The notes under the pieces were generated by a model, which was not told where the DNA came from, made no database searches, and was given only the letters and a program-made list of their open reading frames with translations. Below are positions 38,045 to 47,178 of a stretch of 64,000 nucleotides of DNA, one piece after another; the first letter of the stretch is position 1; every line of letters begins with the position of its first letter. The DNA is from an uncultured virus (IMG/VR IMGVR_UViG_3300023236_000004) (taxonomy: Duplodnaviria > Heunggongvirae > Uroviricota > Caudoviricetes), in the IMG/VR virus record IMGVR_UViG_3300023236_000004. The stretch is one strand, 5' to 3'. Both the position numbers and the translations under genes were made by a program.

Positions 38045-39793
38045 CTATCCTGCAGTTTGAGCTGACGGTTGAGCTCCTGCGGCTCCTGGTCCAGGACCTT
38101 GCGCCGAACCTGGGCCTACTGTATCCGGAACACCTGTTGGTGCACCACCAGCTTGACTTTCAGCTCCGGGTGGAACTTCACTAGCAGTTTCTACATTTTC
38201 TAAGTCACCTGCAATAGTACCTGGACTTATACCAACGTTACGCAATGATGCATCGTCTGCTGGTGCTGTTTCTATGTCGCCCTGTTCTTGTGACCACATT
38301 TCTTCGTTTTCGGTCATCTCTTGTTCTGTCATACCTAAATAACGCTTCATCAAGAAACGTTTGCTCATGTAAGGAAATGCTTCTAACTGTGCGAATGTTG
38401 CAATACGAGCTGAGTCAACATCTGCTTGGCGATACTGTGCAAAGTTTTGTGGCTCTGCTAACTTAAGATCAAACAGTTGACTATCAATATTAATACCACG
38501 CCATCGCATGAATGTTTTAAACTCTTGATCTAGTTTGTCAACAATCATATTTTGCAGACGCTTACAATATTGATTAAAGCGCCATTCTTGTATTAGTGCT
38601 GTGCCAACACGCCCATCATTAAAACTTTGTGTTCCGTCTTCCAACCCTGTTGGCAAATAACTACTAGGAATACGCAGTCCACGGAACAGTTTGTTTGTAA
38701 AGAAACGCAAGTCTGTAATTTCGCCTAGGTTCTGTCCTCCAGGGAAAACATCAACGCTTGATCCACGTTGATCTGCTGTTACGGGGAAGAAGTAATCTTC
38801 CATCATTGCTAATGGATTATACGTAGCATCCATCATGTTAGCGCCGCCACCAGTTTGTGACGGGATACGACGCTGGTGTATTTCGTTTTTAATACGTTCT
38901 ACATAAGCCATTGCCATGTGAGATGGCATGTTACCTACGTCAATTTTGAATACTCTACGCTCTGGTGCTCGCTGTATTCTGTATATAATAATAGCGTCTT
39001 CAAGCAGTTCTTTTTGCTTGTAAACTTTAAAAACGTTTTCTAATACACTGTTTCCGAATGGCCAAAAAGCGTCCAATCCCTCTGTCAAACTCATGTGTAT
39101 TACGTGTTGTGCATCAATAGCAGTTTCATTTTGCGCATGGCTAAATCTGCTACCACCTGAATATGGAGTGTTTGGCTGTGTGTAAGCACCGCCACCACCT
39201 CCGCCAATTTGTGGATGATTAATGTAAGTGTCTGTTGCGGCTACTGATGTAACTGTGAGATTTTGAAAGTTAGGATTAATATCTTTAATTAGGTACTGTT
39301 CAGGTTTTTTACCGTCTGCTTCGTTAACAATAACCTTTGTAACTTTACTCATTTCTACCCAAAATAACTTGAAGTTCTCTGGGTCACGCACAAATACTTG
39401 ATCTCCATACTTGATAGTATTTCGTATGATCTTAAACGTGCGTTTGTTTAATTCATTAAGTGATACCCACTGTTGTAACTGTTCTTTGATTATGTTTACT
39501 TCGTTGTCTGTAGGACTATCTTTAAAGTGTATGTCAAAATTTGTGCCGTTTGATTCGTTAGTTTGTGTCATAAACTCGGCAAGGATATCCAGTGCGGCAT
39601 TGATCTCTGAATCCATGTCCATCTGCTCGTACTGATTATAACGTTCAGTACGATTTGGGTGACCAATGTATACGTCAGGCAAGTTGCTCTCAAAGTTGCG
39701 ATAGTCAGGGTTTGCACCACTGCTACGGCCACTGCCTATAGGACTTACGTTGCTAGGTATGTTGCTACTTTTAAAATATTTTCGCCAGGTCAT
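38045..39793 (-). CDS. gp20: Portal protein
   Basis: LLEDAIIIYRIQRAPERRVFKIDVGNMP...EDYFFP...LPGG-like FPGGQNLGEI.DL.FF..KL.RGLRIP.S.L. Confidence 0.96.
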   Translation of the reverse strand: MTWRKYFKSSNIPSNVSPIGSGRSSGANPDYRNFESNLPDVYIGHPNRTERYNQYEQMDMDSEINAALDILAEFMTQTNESNGTNFDIHFKDSPTDNEVNIIKEQLQQWVSLNELNKRTFKIIRNTIKYGDQVFVRDPENFKLFWVEMSKVTKVIVNEADGKKPEQYLIKDINPNFQNLTVTSVAATDTYINHPQIGGGGGGAYTQPNTPYSGGSRFSHAQNETAIDAQHVIHMSLTEGLDAFWPFGNSVLENVFKVYKQKELLEDAIIIYRIQRAPERRVFKIDVGNMPSHMAMAYVERIKNEIHQRRIPSQTGGGANMMDATYNPLAMMEDYFFPVTADQRGSSVDVFPGGQNLGEITDLRFFTNKLFRGLRIPSSYLPTGLEDGTQSFNDGRVGTALIQEWRFNQYCKRLQNMIVDKLDQEFKTFMRWRGINIDSQLFDLKLAEPQNFAQYRQADVDSARIATFAQLEAFPYMSKRFLMKRYLGMTEQEMTENEEMWSQEQGDIETAPADDASLRNVGISPGTIAGDLENVETASEVPPGAESQAGGAPTGVPDTVGPGSAQGPGPGAAGAQPSAQTAG

Positions 39794-39827
39794 TTAGTGA
39801 TTCCGAAGTTGTGTTATATTTATCGCA

Positions 39828-42035
39828 TCACTGGCCGAAGGCATTATATCTAAACGATGAATCTGCTTGGTTTTGATTTGCGCGAGCAGTAGTTTGGGCA
39901 ACACTAGTGTTGTTGTCTACTGCTTGTATTAGTTGCCCCAAGAGTCCTTTAACTTCTTTAAGTTCTGCTAAACTTTCTTTGTCTGCGTTTGATCCTGGCG
40001 CGGCAGCAATTACTTGAGCCGTTACATTTTTAGTTTCCGCTACTTGTTGTTTCATAACAGCAAGTACATCACCGCCATTTAGCCCAGCAATTGCAACATT
40101 ACTGCCACCGGATAATTCAGCTCCTTGAGACGGAAACTCACCGGTACCTTGGCCACCTCTAAGGTTATTTCTATCAGGGTCGACGGGATTGTATCGGTAA
40201 GGATTATCTGTAGTTGTATTATTTTTCCCTCCGAAAGAGTCAATAACAGTGTCAACAATACCCTTCCCTGACAGGATTGCGTTCAATGTACTCGTAGGCA
40301 AATTTGCAATTCCTTCAACAAAGACTCTTACTCCGTTGTTAACTCTTTCTAAAAAGCTAGAGTATGTTGTTAATACATTGCCTGTAGTGAGCCTTTCAAT
40401 TCCGGCGCCAATCTCTAACATAGTCTCGGCGGACTTATTCAAACTTTGAGTAAGTTTATCTGGTGCGTTAGACGCTACCTCTATAGCAAGTCTAGTAGCT
40501 TCTACAGCTTTTCCATCTATTGTAAAATTATTAATACTATTAAGGAGACTAATGGTGTCTCTTACAATCGAGCCGCCTGCGCCAAACGCACCGGCAGTAA
40601 TTATTTCTCGGAAAGCGCCCTGATTTTGCTTAACGATTTCACCTATATCACCCATGTCTGTTGCTGTGGCCAGGGCTGCCTCCTCGGCAGTCATTGACCC
40701 GTCAACAATATTACTGTAAATTCTACGTATGGCTCGATCAAATTCCGGAATAGTATTAGTTAGTTGTATTAAAGCAGGGTCAATGTAATTGCCGCCTTGG
40801 CTAGCAATTAACTGTTCTATTGCGTTTTGAACTTCAGGCATTTGTGTTAATGCCGTTGACACTCCGCCAAATATCTTCCTTTGTTCCCCATCAAGATTAG
40901 CTAAAGCTACCGCAGACAGCTGTTTGTCTCTTGCTTCTTTGGCTAATTCTGACGCATTTACTCCAGTAAGATTGGCTATAAGTCTTAGATTTTTTGCATA
41001 GTCTAATGTATCTTTGGCAACTGTTTGGTCTATACCCCTGCGTGTATACTCCCTAAATTGCTCCGAAGTCATTGACGCACGTTGGATAGCCAAGAAGTCT
41101 GCTGACAATGCTATCTGATCTTCAATTTCGTATCCCAATCTTCTAAGAGATTCTCTATATGTACTTTGTGTTTGCGTAACTGCTACGAGGTTTCCTTGAT
41201 CATCAAGTTGTCTTACTACAATATCATGCGTTGATTTTGCCAACTGCTCCATAACTCTTGCAACTGACATAGTCGCTGATTCTGTACCTATACCTAGATT
41301 TCTAACACTGTCAATCGACGATCTAATACCTAGTGTAAACTGTTGCAGTAATATTCCAGCACTGCCGGTTGCGGCTCTGATGGTACTCATACCATCAGCA
41401 AACGTAGTCCCCATACGATTAAATTCTCGGAAACTGTCTAACGTAATTTGTAATTGTTTGCCAAGAAACTCATTTACATACTTGGCGGCCGAAGCTATGC
41501 CATCAATAGCTCCAGATAAAAATTTAGTAATGCTGAAGCCTTTTTCTATCGATAGTAGTTTACTACCAAAGCTGGTGAAAGAACCCAATAGGCCGCTTAG
41601 TGCGCCCGCAAACAAATCAATTAAAGTATTAACTGTTTTAACTGAACTGCCTACCGGGTCAGTAGCCAAACTTTCATAATTTGAGACAAATCGATCAGTA
41701 AGTGCGGCTGCCGCATGACTTAGATCTATTAGATACTGGCGAAATCTGTAAGTCCGTTCATTTACGCCAGCAAGACCACTTGATACGTCATCTGCAAATC
41801 TGCTAATATCTGTTCCTGCTCGCCTTGTATTAGATCCAATCGAGGTCATATGCGCATTAGTTGCTTGCGCTGATCGTTCTTGGAGTGCCTGTTGGTACGC
41901 TATAGTAGACTCGTTGGACCGTATAATCGTGTTAGCGCCTTGTGTGGCGGCTAAAAGTGCTCGTAACGTTGATTCAGTAGCCGCATCAGAAGCACTGACA
42001 GTGCCGATTCCAGGAATATTAATATTAACAGCCAT
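39828..42035 (-). CDS. Tape-measure-like / hub protein
   Basis: 735 aa, helical, A/G/S-rich, N-terminal ATESTLRALL. Divergent from the gp26-like gene. Confidence 0.6.
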   Translation of the reverse strand: MAVNINIPGIGTVSASDAATESTLRALLAATQGANTIIRSNESTIAYQQALQERSAQATNAHMTSIGSNTRRAGTDISRFADDVSSGLAGVNERTYRFRQYLIDLSHAAAALTDRFVSNYESLATDPVGSSVKTVNTLIDLFAGALSGLLGSFTSFGSKLLSIEKGFSITKFLSGAIDGIASAAKYVNEFLGKQLQITLDSFREFNRMGTTFADGMSTIRAATGSAGILLQQFTLGIRSSIDSVRNLGIGTESATMSVARVMEQLAKSTHDIVVRQLDDQGNLVAVTQTQSTYRESLRRLGYEIEDQIALSADFLAIQRASMTSEQFREYTRRGIDQTVAKDTLDYAKNLRLIANLTGVNASELAKEARDKQLSAVALANLDGEQRKIFGGVSTALTQMPEVQNAIEQLIASQGGNYIDPALIQLTNTIPEFDRAIRRIYSNIVDGSMTAEEAALATATDMGDIGEIVKQNQGAFREIITAGAFGAGGSIVRDTISLLNSINNFTIDGKAVEATRLAIEVASNAPDKLTQSLNKSAETMLEIGAGIERLTTGNVLTTYSSFLERVNNGVRVFVEGIANLPTSTLNAILSGKGIVDTVIDSFGGKNNTTTDNPYRYNPVDPDRNNLRGGQGTGEFPSQGAELSGGSNVAIAGLNGGDVLAVMKQQVAETKNVTAQVIAAAPGSNADKESLAELKEVKGLLGQLIQAVDNNTSVAQTTARANQNQADSSFRYNAFGQ

Positions 42036-42046
42036 ATGTTTTCACT

Positions 42047-42079
42047 TATAAATAATTGTATCTAGTAATACTATTTATA
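42047..42079. promoter_or_regulatory. Face-to-face late promoters TATAAATA (plus 42047..42054, minus 42072..42079)
   Basis: Exact consensus on both strands within the 56-bp divergent intergenic gap. Confidence 0.75.
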
Positions 42080-42091
42080 GGATTCAAAACC

Positions 42092-42925
42092 ATGGTAAAT
42101 GAACCAAATAACCCGTTAGCAAAACACTTTAGACAACCTGCAATTTATTTAGAACTCCCTAGCAAAGGCAAGCATTGGCCTGCAGGATCTATAGATCTTC
42201 CTGAGTCAGGACAGATTCCAGTATACCCGATGACAGTCAAGGATGAGATCACAATCAAAACTCCGGACGCACTGCTTAACGGAGAAGGCACTGTTAATGT
42301 AATTACCAGCTGTTTACCCAACATTAAAAATGCATGGAAGATTCCTGCATGTGACCTTGACGCTATTCTTGTAGCATTAAGAATAGCCAGTTACGGTGAT
42401 GAACTTACTATCACATCACAATGCAAGCATTGCAACGAAACTAACGAACACGCTATAGACTTGCGAGTGTTAATGGATACCATGACAGAACCTGTGTTTG
42501 ACAGCATAGCGTCAGACGATCTAATCATACAATTTAAACCTCAACTATTCGAAACTGTTAACAACAGTAACCTAGCAAACTTCAAGACACAGAGTTTACT
42601 GCAAACAATCATGGCAAGTGACCTAAGTGACGAAGAAAAAACCAAAAGATTCAATGAGTTACTACCACAAGTAACGGATCTGAATGTAAGTGTTATAGTA
42701 GATAGCATTGAGAGTATCACGATCGACGAAACTAATGTTACCAACAAAAAGCACATACTGGACTTCTTAAACAACTGTGATAGGAAAGTTTACGAAACAA
42801 TCAAGACCCATGTAGAACACTTGGCAACGCAAAACAAAATTAAACCGTTTGATGTTGGTTGCCCTGAATGCGAGAAGCAGTACGAAGCTTCAATGAGTTT
42901 TGAGTTCAGTAATTTTTTCGGCTAA
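42092..42925 (+). CDS. gp26: Baseplate hub assembly protein, gp26-like (tail-chaperone-like), ending ...SNFFG
   Basis: LPS.G...PMT.KDE...TPDALLNG...D.D.IL...RIASYG...C.HC...CPEC...NFF. ATG at 42092 with SD AGGA. Confidence 0.8.
   Translation: MVNEPNNPLAKHFRQPAIYLELPSKGKHWPAGSIDLPESGQIPVYPMTVKDEITIKTPDALLNGEGTVNVITSCLPNIKNAWKIPACDLDAILVALRIASYGDELTITSQCKHCNETNEHAIDLRVLMDTMTEPVFDSIASDDLIIQFKPQLFETVNNSNLANFKTQSLLQTIMASDLSDEEKTKRFNELLPQVTDLNVSVIVDSIESITIDETNVTNKKHILDFLNNCDRKVYETIKTHVEHLATQNKIKPFDVGCPECEKQYEASMSFEFSNFFG
42913..42919 (+). other. Putative -1 programmed ribosomal frameshift site T TTT TTC
   Basis: XXXYYYZ heptamer in the correct phase, two codons before the gp26 stop. The -1 frame is open into the 42937..43149 ORF. 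Confidence 0.65.
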
Positions 42926-42936
42926 GGCTTTTGGCC

Positions 42937-43149
42937 ATGTCTGAATCAGACATGCTTGATTACTTTGACACATTAGATAAACAGTCAAAAGCCTTAAAAG
43001 AAGAAATCCTTAAATTGTGTTGGTATATGCGGGGTAGTCTTTCCTATGATGAAGGTATGTCTTTGTCACAAGAAGATAGATCACTTATGTCCAAACTAAT
43101 CAAAGATAATCTAGAAACAACTAAAAAGTCAGGAATGCCATTCTTTTAA
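42937..43149 (+). CDS. gp51-like small baseplate assembly protein (probably the frameshift extension of gp26)
   Basis: LCWYMRG.LSY.E...LS.EDR..M..LIK pattern. No SD before the ATG. Confidence 0.65.
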   Translation: MSESDMLDYFDTLDKQSKALKEEILKLCWYMRGSLSYDEGMSLSQEDRSLMSKLIKDNLETTKKSGMPFF

Positions 43150-43571
43150 GACTAACTTCGTTAGTCTGTTGATTTCGTTATCACTCATCAACTTGTTTTT
43201 TAATGATATGTTTTTAGACGTTTCATCTAGATCACATGGTCACTCTTTGCCCAGGGCGGGCAAAAAAGTAAACTGCTTCATCTGAGTATAACAGTCACTT
43301 AGCATTAGAGCATTACAGAGGCGGTTGTCCGGTACCTCGAGCTCCGTCTTTATAACAACGGCGATTTATATAACATACGCTAACATATTACATAAACGTG
43401 TAGTATCGCTACTACGTCTTTTTAGCTTTATTGAATCCTGTTCAAACAATCAAACTCTAGCATTGAGAGTCTTCATCCATATGGGTAGTGATTGAGTGCT
43501 TGCTGTAGCGGCAAGTCTTACGTCCCTGCACACGTTACTGTCAGGTTTGGTACACACGAGATTAGCCTGTG
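43150..43571 (-). ncRNA. Candidate ~420-nt structured ncRNA directly 3' of a GIY-YIG gene
   Basis: No ORF listed in the track. At least 10 consecutive or nested helices; G-U pairs and a GCGA tetraloop favour the minus strand. Confidence 0.6.
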
Positions 43572-43994
43572 TTAGCTGTTACTACTTAATTTGTTTATAA
43601 TGTGGGAGCCATGGACACGGACTTGTATATGTCCGTTATAGTATTGTGGTGTTTCTAAGACTTTGTGTCTGAATTGTTCTCGTGCCTCGATATAACTGCA
43701 TTCTGCCTTGCTTTTACAATAGTAGAGTATTTCTCTTTGAAAGTTTTCTGTGCCTAGTTGTTCTATGTCTTTGTTGAGTTCGTCGTTTGAGCCATAATAT
43801 TCACGCCAGTTACTTTCTTTTGTTCCACGGCGTTTGTTCTTCCTGCCTTTAAGTGGGGGCTTGGTGGTTTTAAACCGTGCAAGCTTCTTCCCGATGTATT
43901 TACGGTTATTTGTTAAATTCGTTATCAAATAAACGAATCCAACACAATCTTCTGGTAGTACTTCTATTTCTTTAGATTCAAATAACCATGACAT
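43572..43994 (-). CDS. Stand-alone GIY-YIG nuclease-family protein
   Basis: GFVYLITN..N.RKYIGKK...Y.GS...G.ENF.REIL...E......YYN. 140 aa, with no appended DNA-binding domain. Confidence 0.85.
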   Translation of the reverse strand: MSWLFESKEIEVLPEDCVGFVYLITNLTNNRKYIGKKLARFKTTKPPLKGRKNKRRGTKESNWREYYGSNDELNKDIEQLGTENFQREILYYCKSKAECSYIEAREQFRHKVLETPQYYNGHIQVRVHGSHIINKLSSNS

Positions 43995-44022
43995 TACATA
44001 TAATTATCAAGACCAATTGATC

Positions 44023-45792
44023 TTAAGATATTTCTACATCGTTGTTATATGTAGTGAACCCATTTTCTTTCACTACACTTAATACATTGTTAACACGCCC
44101 TGCTAGTTCATCCTTGTGTGATACTAGCCAAACACTACGGTTACCTTCACGTGCCATCTTTTTAAGTATTGCTAAACTGTTTTCAACACCACTAGCATCC
44201 ATGCCAGTGTCAATCACTTCGTCAATAAACATCAAATTAATCTGTTGATACAAACTTTCCCACACGTCACGGAACGCCCAACTCATACTAAGTATCAGTC
44301 TGTTGCGTTCACCCCTGCTCAAGTTGTCAAAGTCTAGTTCTCTACCTAGTTCTTCAATACTTACTGTAAGATCGTTATTAAACTGTACAGTATGCGGAAG
44401 TCCAATCCTATCCAAGTACTGTATTAGTCTTGTGTTTAGATAACTCAAATTTTGATCTATAATGCGTTTACGTATAAAACTATCCTTGTTTGTTAATAGT
44501 TTCAATAAAAAGTCTTGATGTTCTTTTATGTTAGTAAGTGAGTTTATCTTGTCGTAATCAACTTCTTGTACCGCCTGTGTTTCCATTTCAGTAATCTGTT
44601 CTTCATACGGATCAGATTCTGCTAATTTTGTTTCAAGCTGGTTAGTTAAGTTTTCGATTGTGTTTTTGTGATTGATCGCGTCTTCTTTTGAGTCGTAGAA
44701 CACATTGGGTATTGGCCCTGGATCTCCCAGTTTCTCGAGTTGATCAACTTGAGCTTGTACTTTTTCTTTACTTTCATTGAGTTGCTGTTCCGTTTCTTCT
44801 AGTGTTGCCTTCTTCTTCTCTAGTACTTCTAAGTGTTTTTCATCATGTATTTCTTGACCACATGCATAGCACTCATGCTTTTCTAACTTTGCTACTTCCG
44901 AAGTTAAACTTGTGATGTGCTTCTCTAAACGTGTGCATTCCTGGTTACCTGACACTTTCCAGCGATTTACTTCGCTTACTTCTTTAGATATTACACTGTG
45001 CTTATCTAATGCGTCGTGTGCATTTAACTCTGCTTCGATATCTATACCGTCTAAGTTTTCTAGTGCCCCTGCCAACTTATCAACTTCTTCTTGTTTTTTG
45101 TTTTGCCACAAGGTTTGTCTGCGTTTTGTAGCTTCGATCTGCCCTTGCACACGCTCATTAGCGTCCTGTACTGCTTTGATACGATACTCTTCTTCTGTAA
45201 TATCGCCCTTGGTTTGCTTGTTTTGTTCCTTGAGCACATCTGCTTTTTCGCTGAGCATAGTAATGCCTAGTAACTGCTCAATAATTGTACGTTGATCATT
45301 TGCACGTAAACTCAAAAACGGCTCTGTGTATGTGTTTAGTGCCACAATATGTTTAAACATGTCGTGGCTCATATTTAACATGCGTTCTATCTCTGCTTGT
45401 GTCTCTCTTGAATCACCCTGTGACTCATCTGTAATTTCTTGTTCTTGCCCGCCTACGTAAAATGCCACAGTGTTAGGCTTGCGCCCGCGCTCTATCTTAT
45501 AACCAACACCGCTGTTCTCAAACTCAATAGTAACCAACATGTTTTTACCATTGGTTTTGTTTATCAAGTTATCTTTGCGAATCTTTGTTAGTGCTTCACC
45601 GTACAGCGCATAACTTAGCGCATTAATTATAGTTGTCTTGCCTGTACCATTACGTGCGCCAGTATCGTCACCACCTAAGTCCAAATTTTGACCCAACACA
45701 AGAGTTAAATCCTTGCGACCAAAATTAACAGCCTGGGTAGCATTGCCCACGCTCATGAAGTTTTTTACTGTTAGATTATTTACTTTAAACAT
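44023..45792 (-). CDS. gp46: Recombination ATPase, Rad50/SbcC-like
   Basis: KNFMSVGN, NGTGKTT Walker A, CYAC Zn-hook, LSRGE signature, LMFIDE Walker B, VSH. Confidence 0.95.
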   Translation of the reverse strand: MFKVNNLTVKNFMSVGNATQAVNFGRKDLTLVLGQNLDLGGDDTGARNGTGKTTIINALSYALYGEALTKIRKDNLINKTNGKNMLVTIEFENSGVGYKIERGRKPNTVAFYVGGQEQEITDESQGDSRETQAEIERMLNMSHDMFKHIVALNTYTEPFLSLRANDQRTIIEQLLGITMLSEKADVLKEQNKQTKGDITEEEYRIKAVQDANERVQGQIEATKRRQTLWQNKKQEEVDKLAGALENLDGIDIEAELNAHDALDKHSVISKEVSEVNRWKVSGNQECTRLEKHITSLTSEVAKLEKHECYACGQEIHDEKHLEVLEKKKATLEETEQQLNESKEKVQAQVDQLEKLGDPGPIPNVFYDSKEDAINHKNTIENLTNQLETKLAESDPYEEQITEMETQAVQEVDYDKINSLTNIKEHQDFLLKLLTNKDSFIRKRIIDQNLSYLNTRLIQYLDRIGLPHTVQFNNDLTVSIEELGRELDFDNLSRGERNRLILSMSWAFRDVWESLYQQINLMFIDEVIDTGMDASGVENSLAILKKMAREGNRSVWLVSHKDELAGRVNNVLSVVKENGFTTYNNDVEIS

Positions 45793-46643
45793 AAGTGCTT
45801 GATTATCTCAGTGGTGTTTGTGAAATATTTTTCCTGATTAAAAGGCATCTCAATGTTATACTGTTTTTCCAGTACACCGTTGATATAACTTTCTTGCAAT
45901 AAATCTAAATTAGGAATAGCTAGGCTTTCTTTGTTTGCAATACAATTAATTATTTTGTTGCAATGCGACTTGTAATTTCTAAAAATCTGTTTACTGTAAA
46001 ACGTATCCCAGATAGTGTCGTTAATATCTAAACTGCAGGTCCTGCCAACCCAATCAGCAATTTTGTCAAGGTTTTTGTAAAACAACTGTTTATTATAAAA
46101 ACTTTTGTATGAAAAGTCAAAACATTTTATGTCAGACGGGTAAGATAGTTTGTTGTACTCTAAAATCAAACCATTTTGTTCTGGATGCGTAAATCCAAAT
46201 TTAAAAAACTCCCTAAGTATGTGTCTTGGGCAGTTGGGGTTGTCTGCTGACATTTTCAAGTTGGGATACGATTTGTTTAGTGAATCCACTAACCATGAAA
46301 AGTATTTGCTGTTTGCCAGTGTGTTGTATGTGTTGTGCTGTAGATCGTTTAAGTTAATGTTAGAATCGCCTGCACGTAAAAATGTTACTGCGGTTAACAT
46401 CAACAAATCATCGTGATCGACTGTAATACGTAATACACTATCAGATCTATCTATGTTCTCTATAGAATAATGTAATGCACGGAAGTGCTTGTTTTTATTA
46501 TAGTTTTCGTTATCAAACTTGGCATGACTTGCACCTATGCTGTTGAAAGGATTAAAGTCTATGCTTTGCCCCATGATGTATTTGTTACACACATACTCTA
46601 AAAAGTGCCCGTGTGAGCCTGGAACAAAATCAATTGAGATCAT
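45780..46643 (-). CDS. Hypothetical protein
   Basis: 287 aa, AT-rich, N-terminal IDFVPGSHGHFL. Inserted between gp47 and gp46. Confidence 0.7.
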   Translation of the reverse strand: MISIDFVPGSHGHFLEYVCNKYIMGQSIDFNPFNSIGASHAKFDNENYNKNKHFRALHYSIENIDRSDSVLRITVDHDDLLMLTAVTFLRAGDSNINLNDLQHNTYNTLANSKYFSWLVDSLNKSYPNLKMSADNPNCPRHILREFFKFGFTHPEQNGLILEYNKLSYPSDIKCFDFSYKSFYNKQLFYKNLDKIADWVGRTCSLDINDTIWDTFYSKQIFRNYKSHCNKIINCIANKESLAIPNLDLLQESYINGVLEKQYNIEMPFNQEKYFTNTTEIIKHLCLK

Positions 46644-47178
46644 AGGTCTTTTTAATTTTCATTTCCATGTACACGTTGTCTATATTATAGACAAACTTGG
46701 TAAAGTAGAAGTTGTCTGGGATAATGTTTAGAAAACTTTGTATCCTGTTTTCGAAGCGTGAATCATTCAAAGTTGTAGTTACCATGCGTAACACAATAAC
46801 TGATGGTTGTATTCGTTCACTTAGGTACGCTACTGACTGCTTTATTTGTTGTGCAGTTTTGTATTTTAAATAAGTGCCATTGTCGTATACCAGGGTTCCT
46901 TCATTTAGCATTAGTGCAGGAATCTTAGCGTCTGTATAAATGTAATCAAACTGTTGTCTCTCTAGTTTGTAAGAACTACAAGAGTCTAAGTGTTCTAGTT
47001 TGATAATCTTTTGATTTGTAAACAGTTGTTCGTAGTGCCATCCTGCGCTATCAAACAGCACCTTTTTGCCAGGTAACTTATCTAAATCTATAAGTTCATG
47101 TTTGGCCATGCTGATAGTAGGATACACAGTCCTGTAAAAATCGTCACGATTCTCTGCTGTGATCTTAGTTTGTTGCAT
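46630..47178 (-). CDS. Hypothetical protein
   Basis: 182-aa ORF overlapping both neighbours. Confidence 0.65.
   Translation of the reverse strand: MQQTKITAENRDDFYRTVYPTISMAKHELIDLDKLPGKKVLFDSAGWHYEQLFTNQKIIKLEHLDSCSSYKLERQQFDYIYTDAKIPALMLNEGTLVYDNGTYLKYKTAQQIKQSVAYLSERIQPSVIVLRMVTTTLNDSRFENRIQSFLNIIPDNFYFTKFVYNIDNVYMEMKIKKTYDLN

Noticed and set aside
43150..43994. Group I intron carrying a GIY-YIG homing endonuclease, or tmRNA/RNase P/tRNA
   Set aside because: The flanking genes (gp46, gp51-like) are complete and convergent, so there are no exons to join. The AGACUA/UAGUC match is a local hairpin. I saw no tRNA-like ends or RNase P signature. Not excluded without a covariance search.
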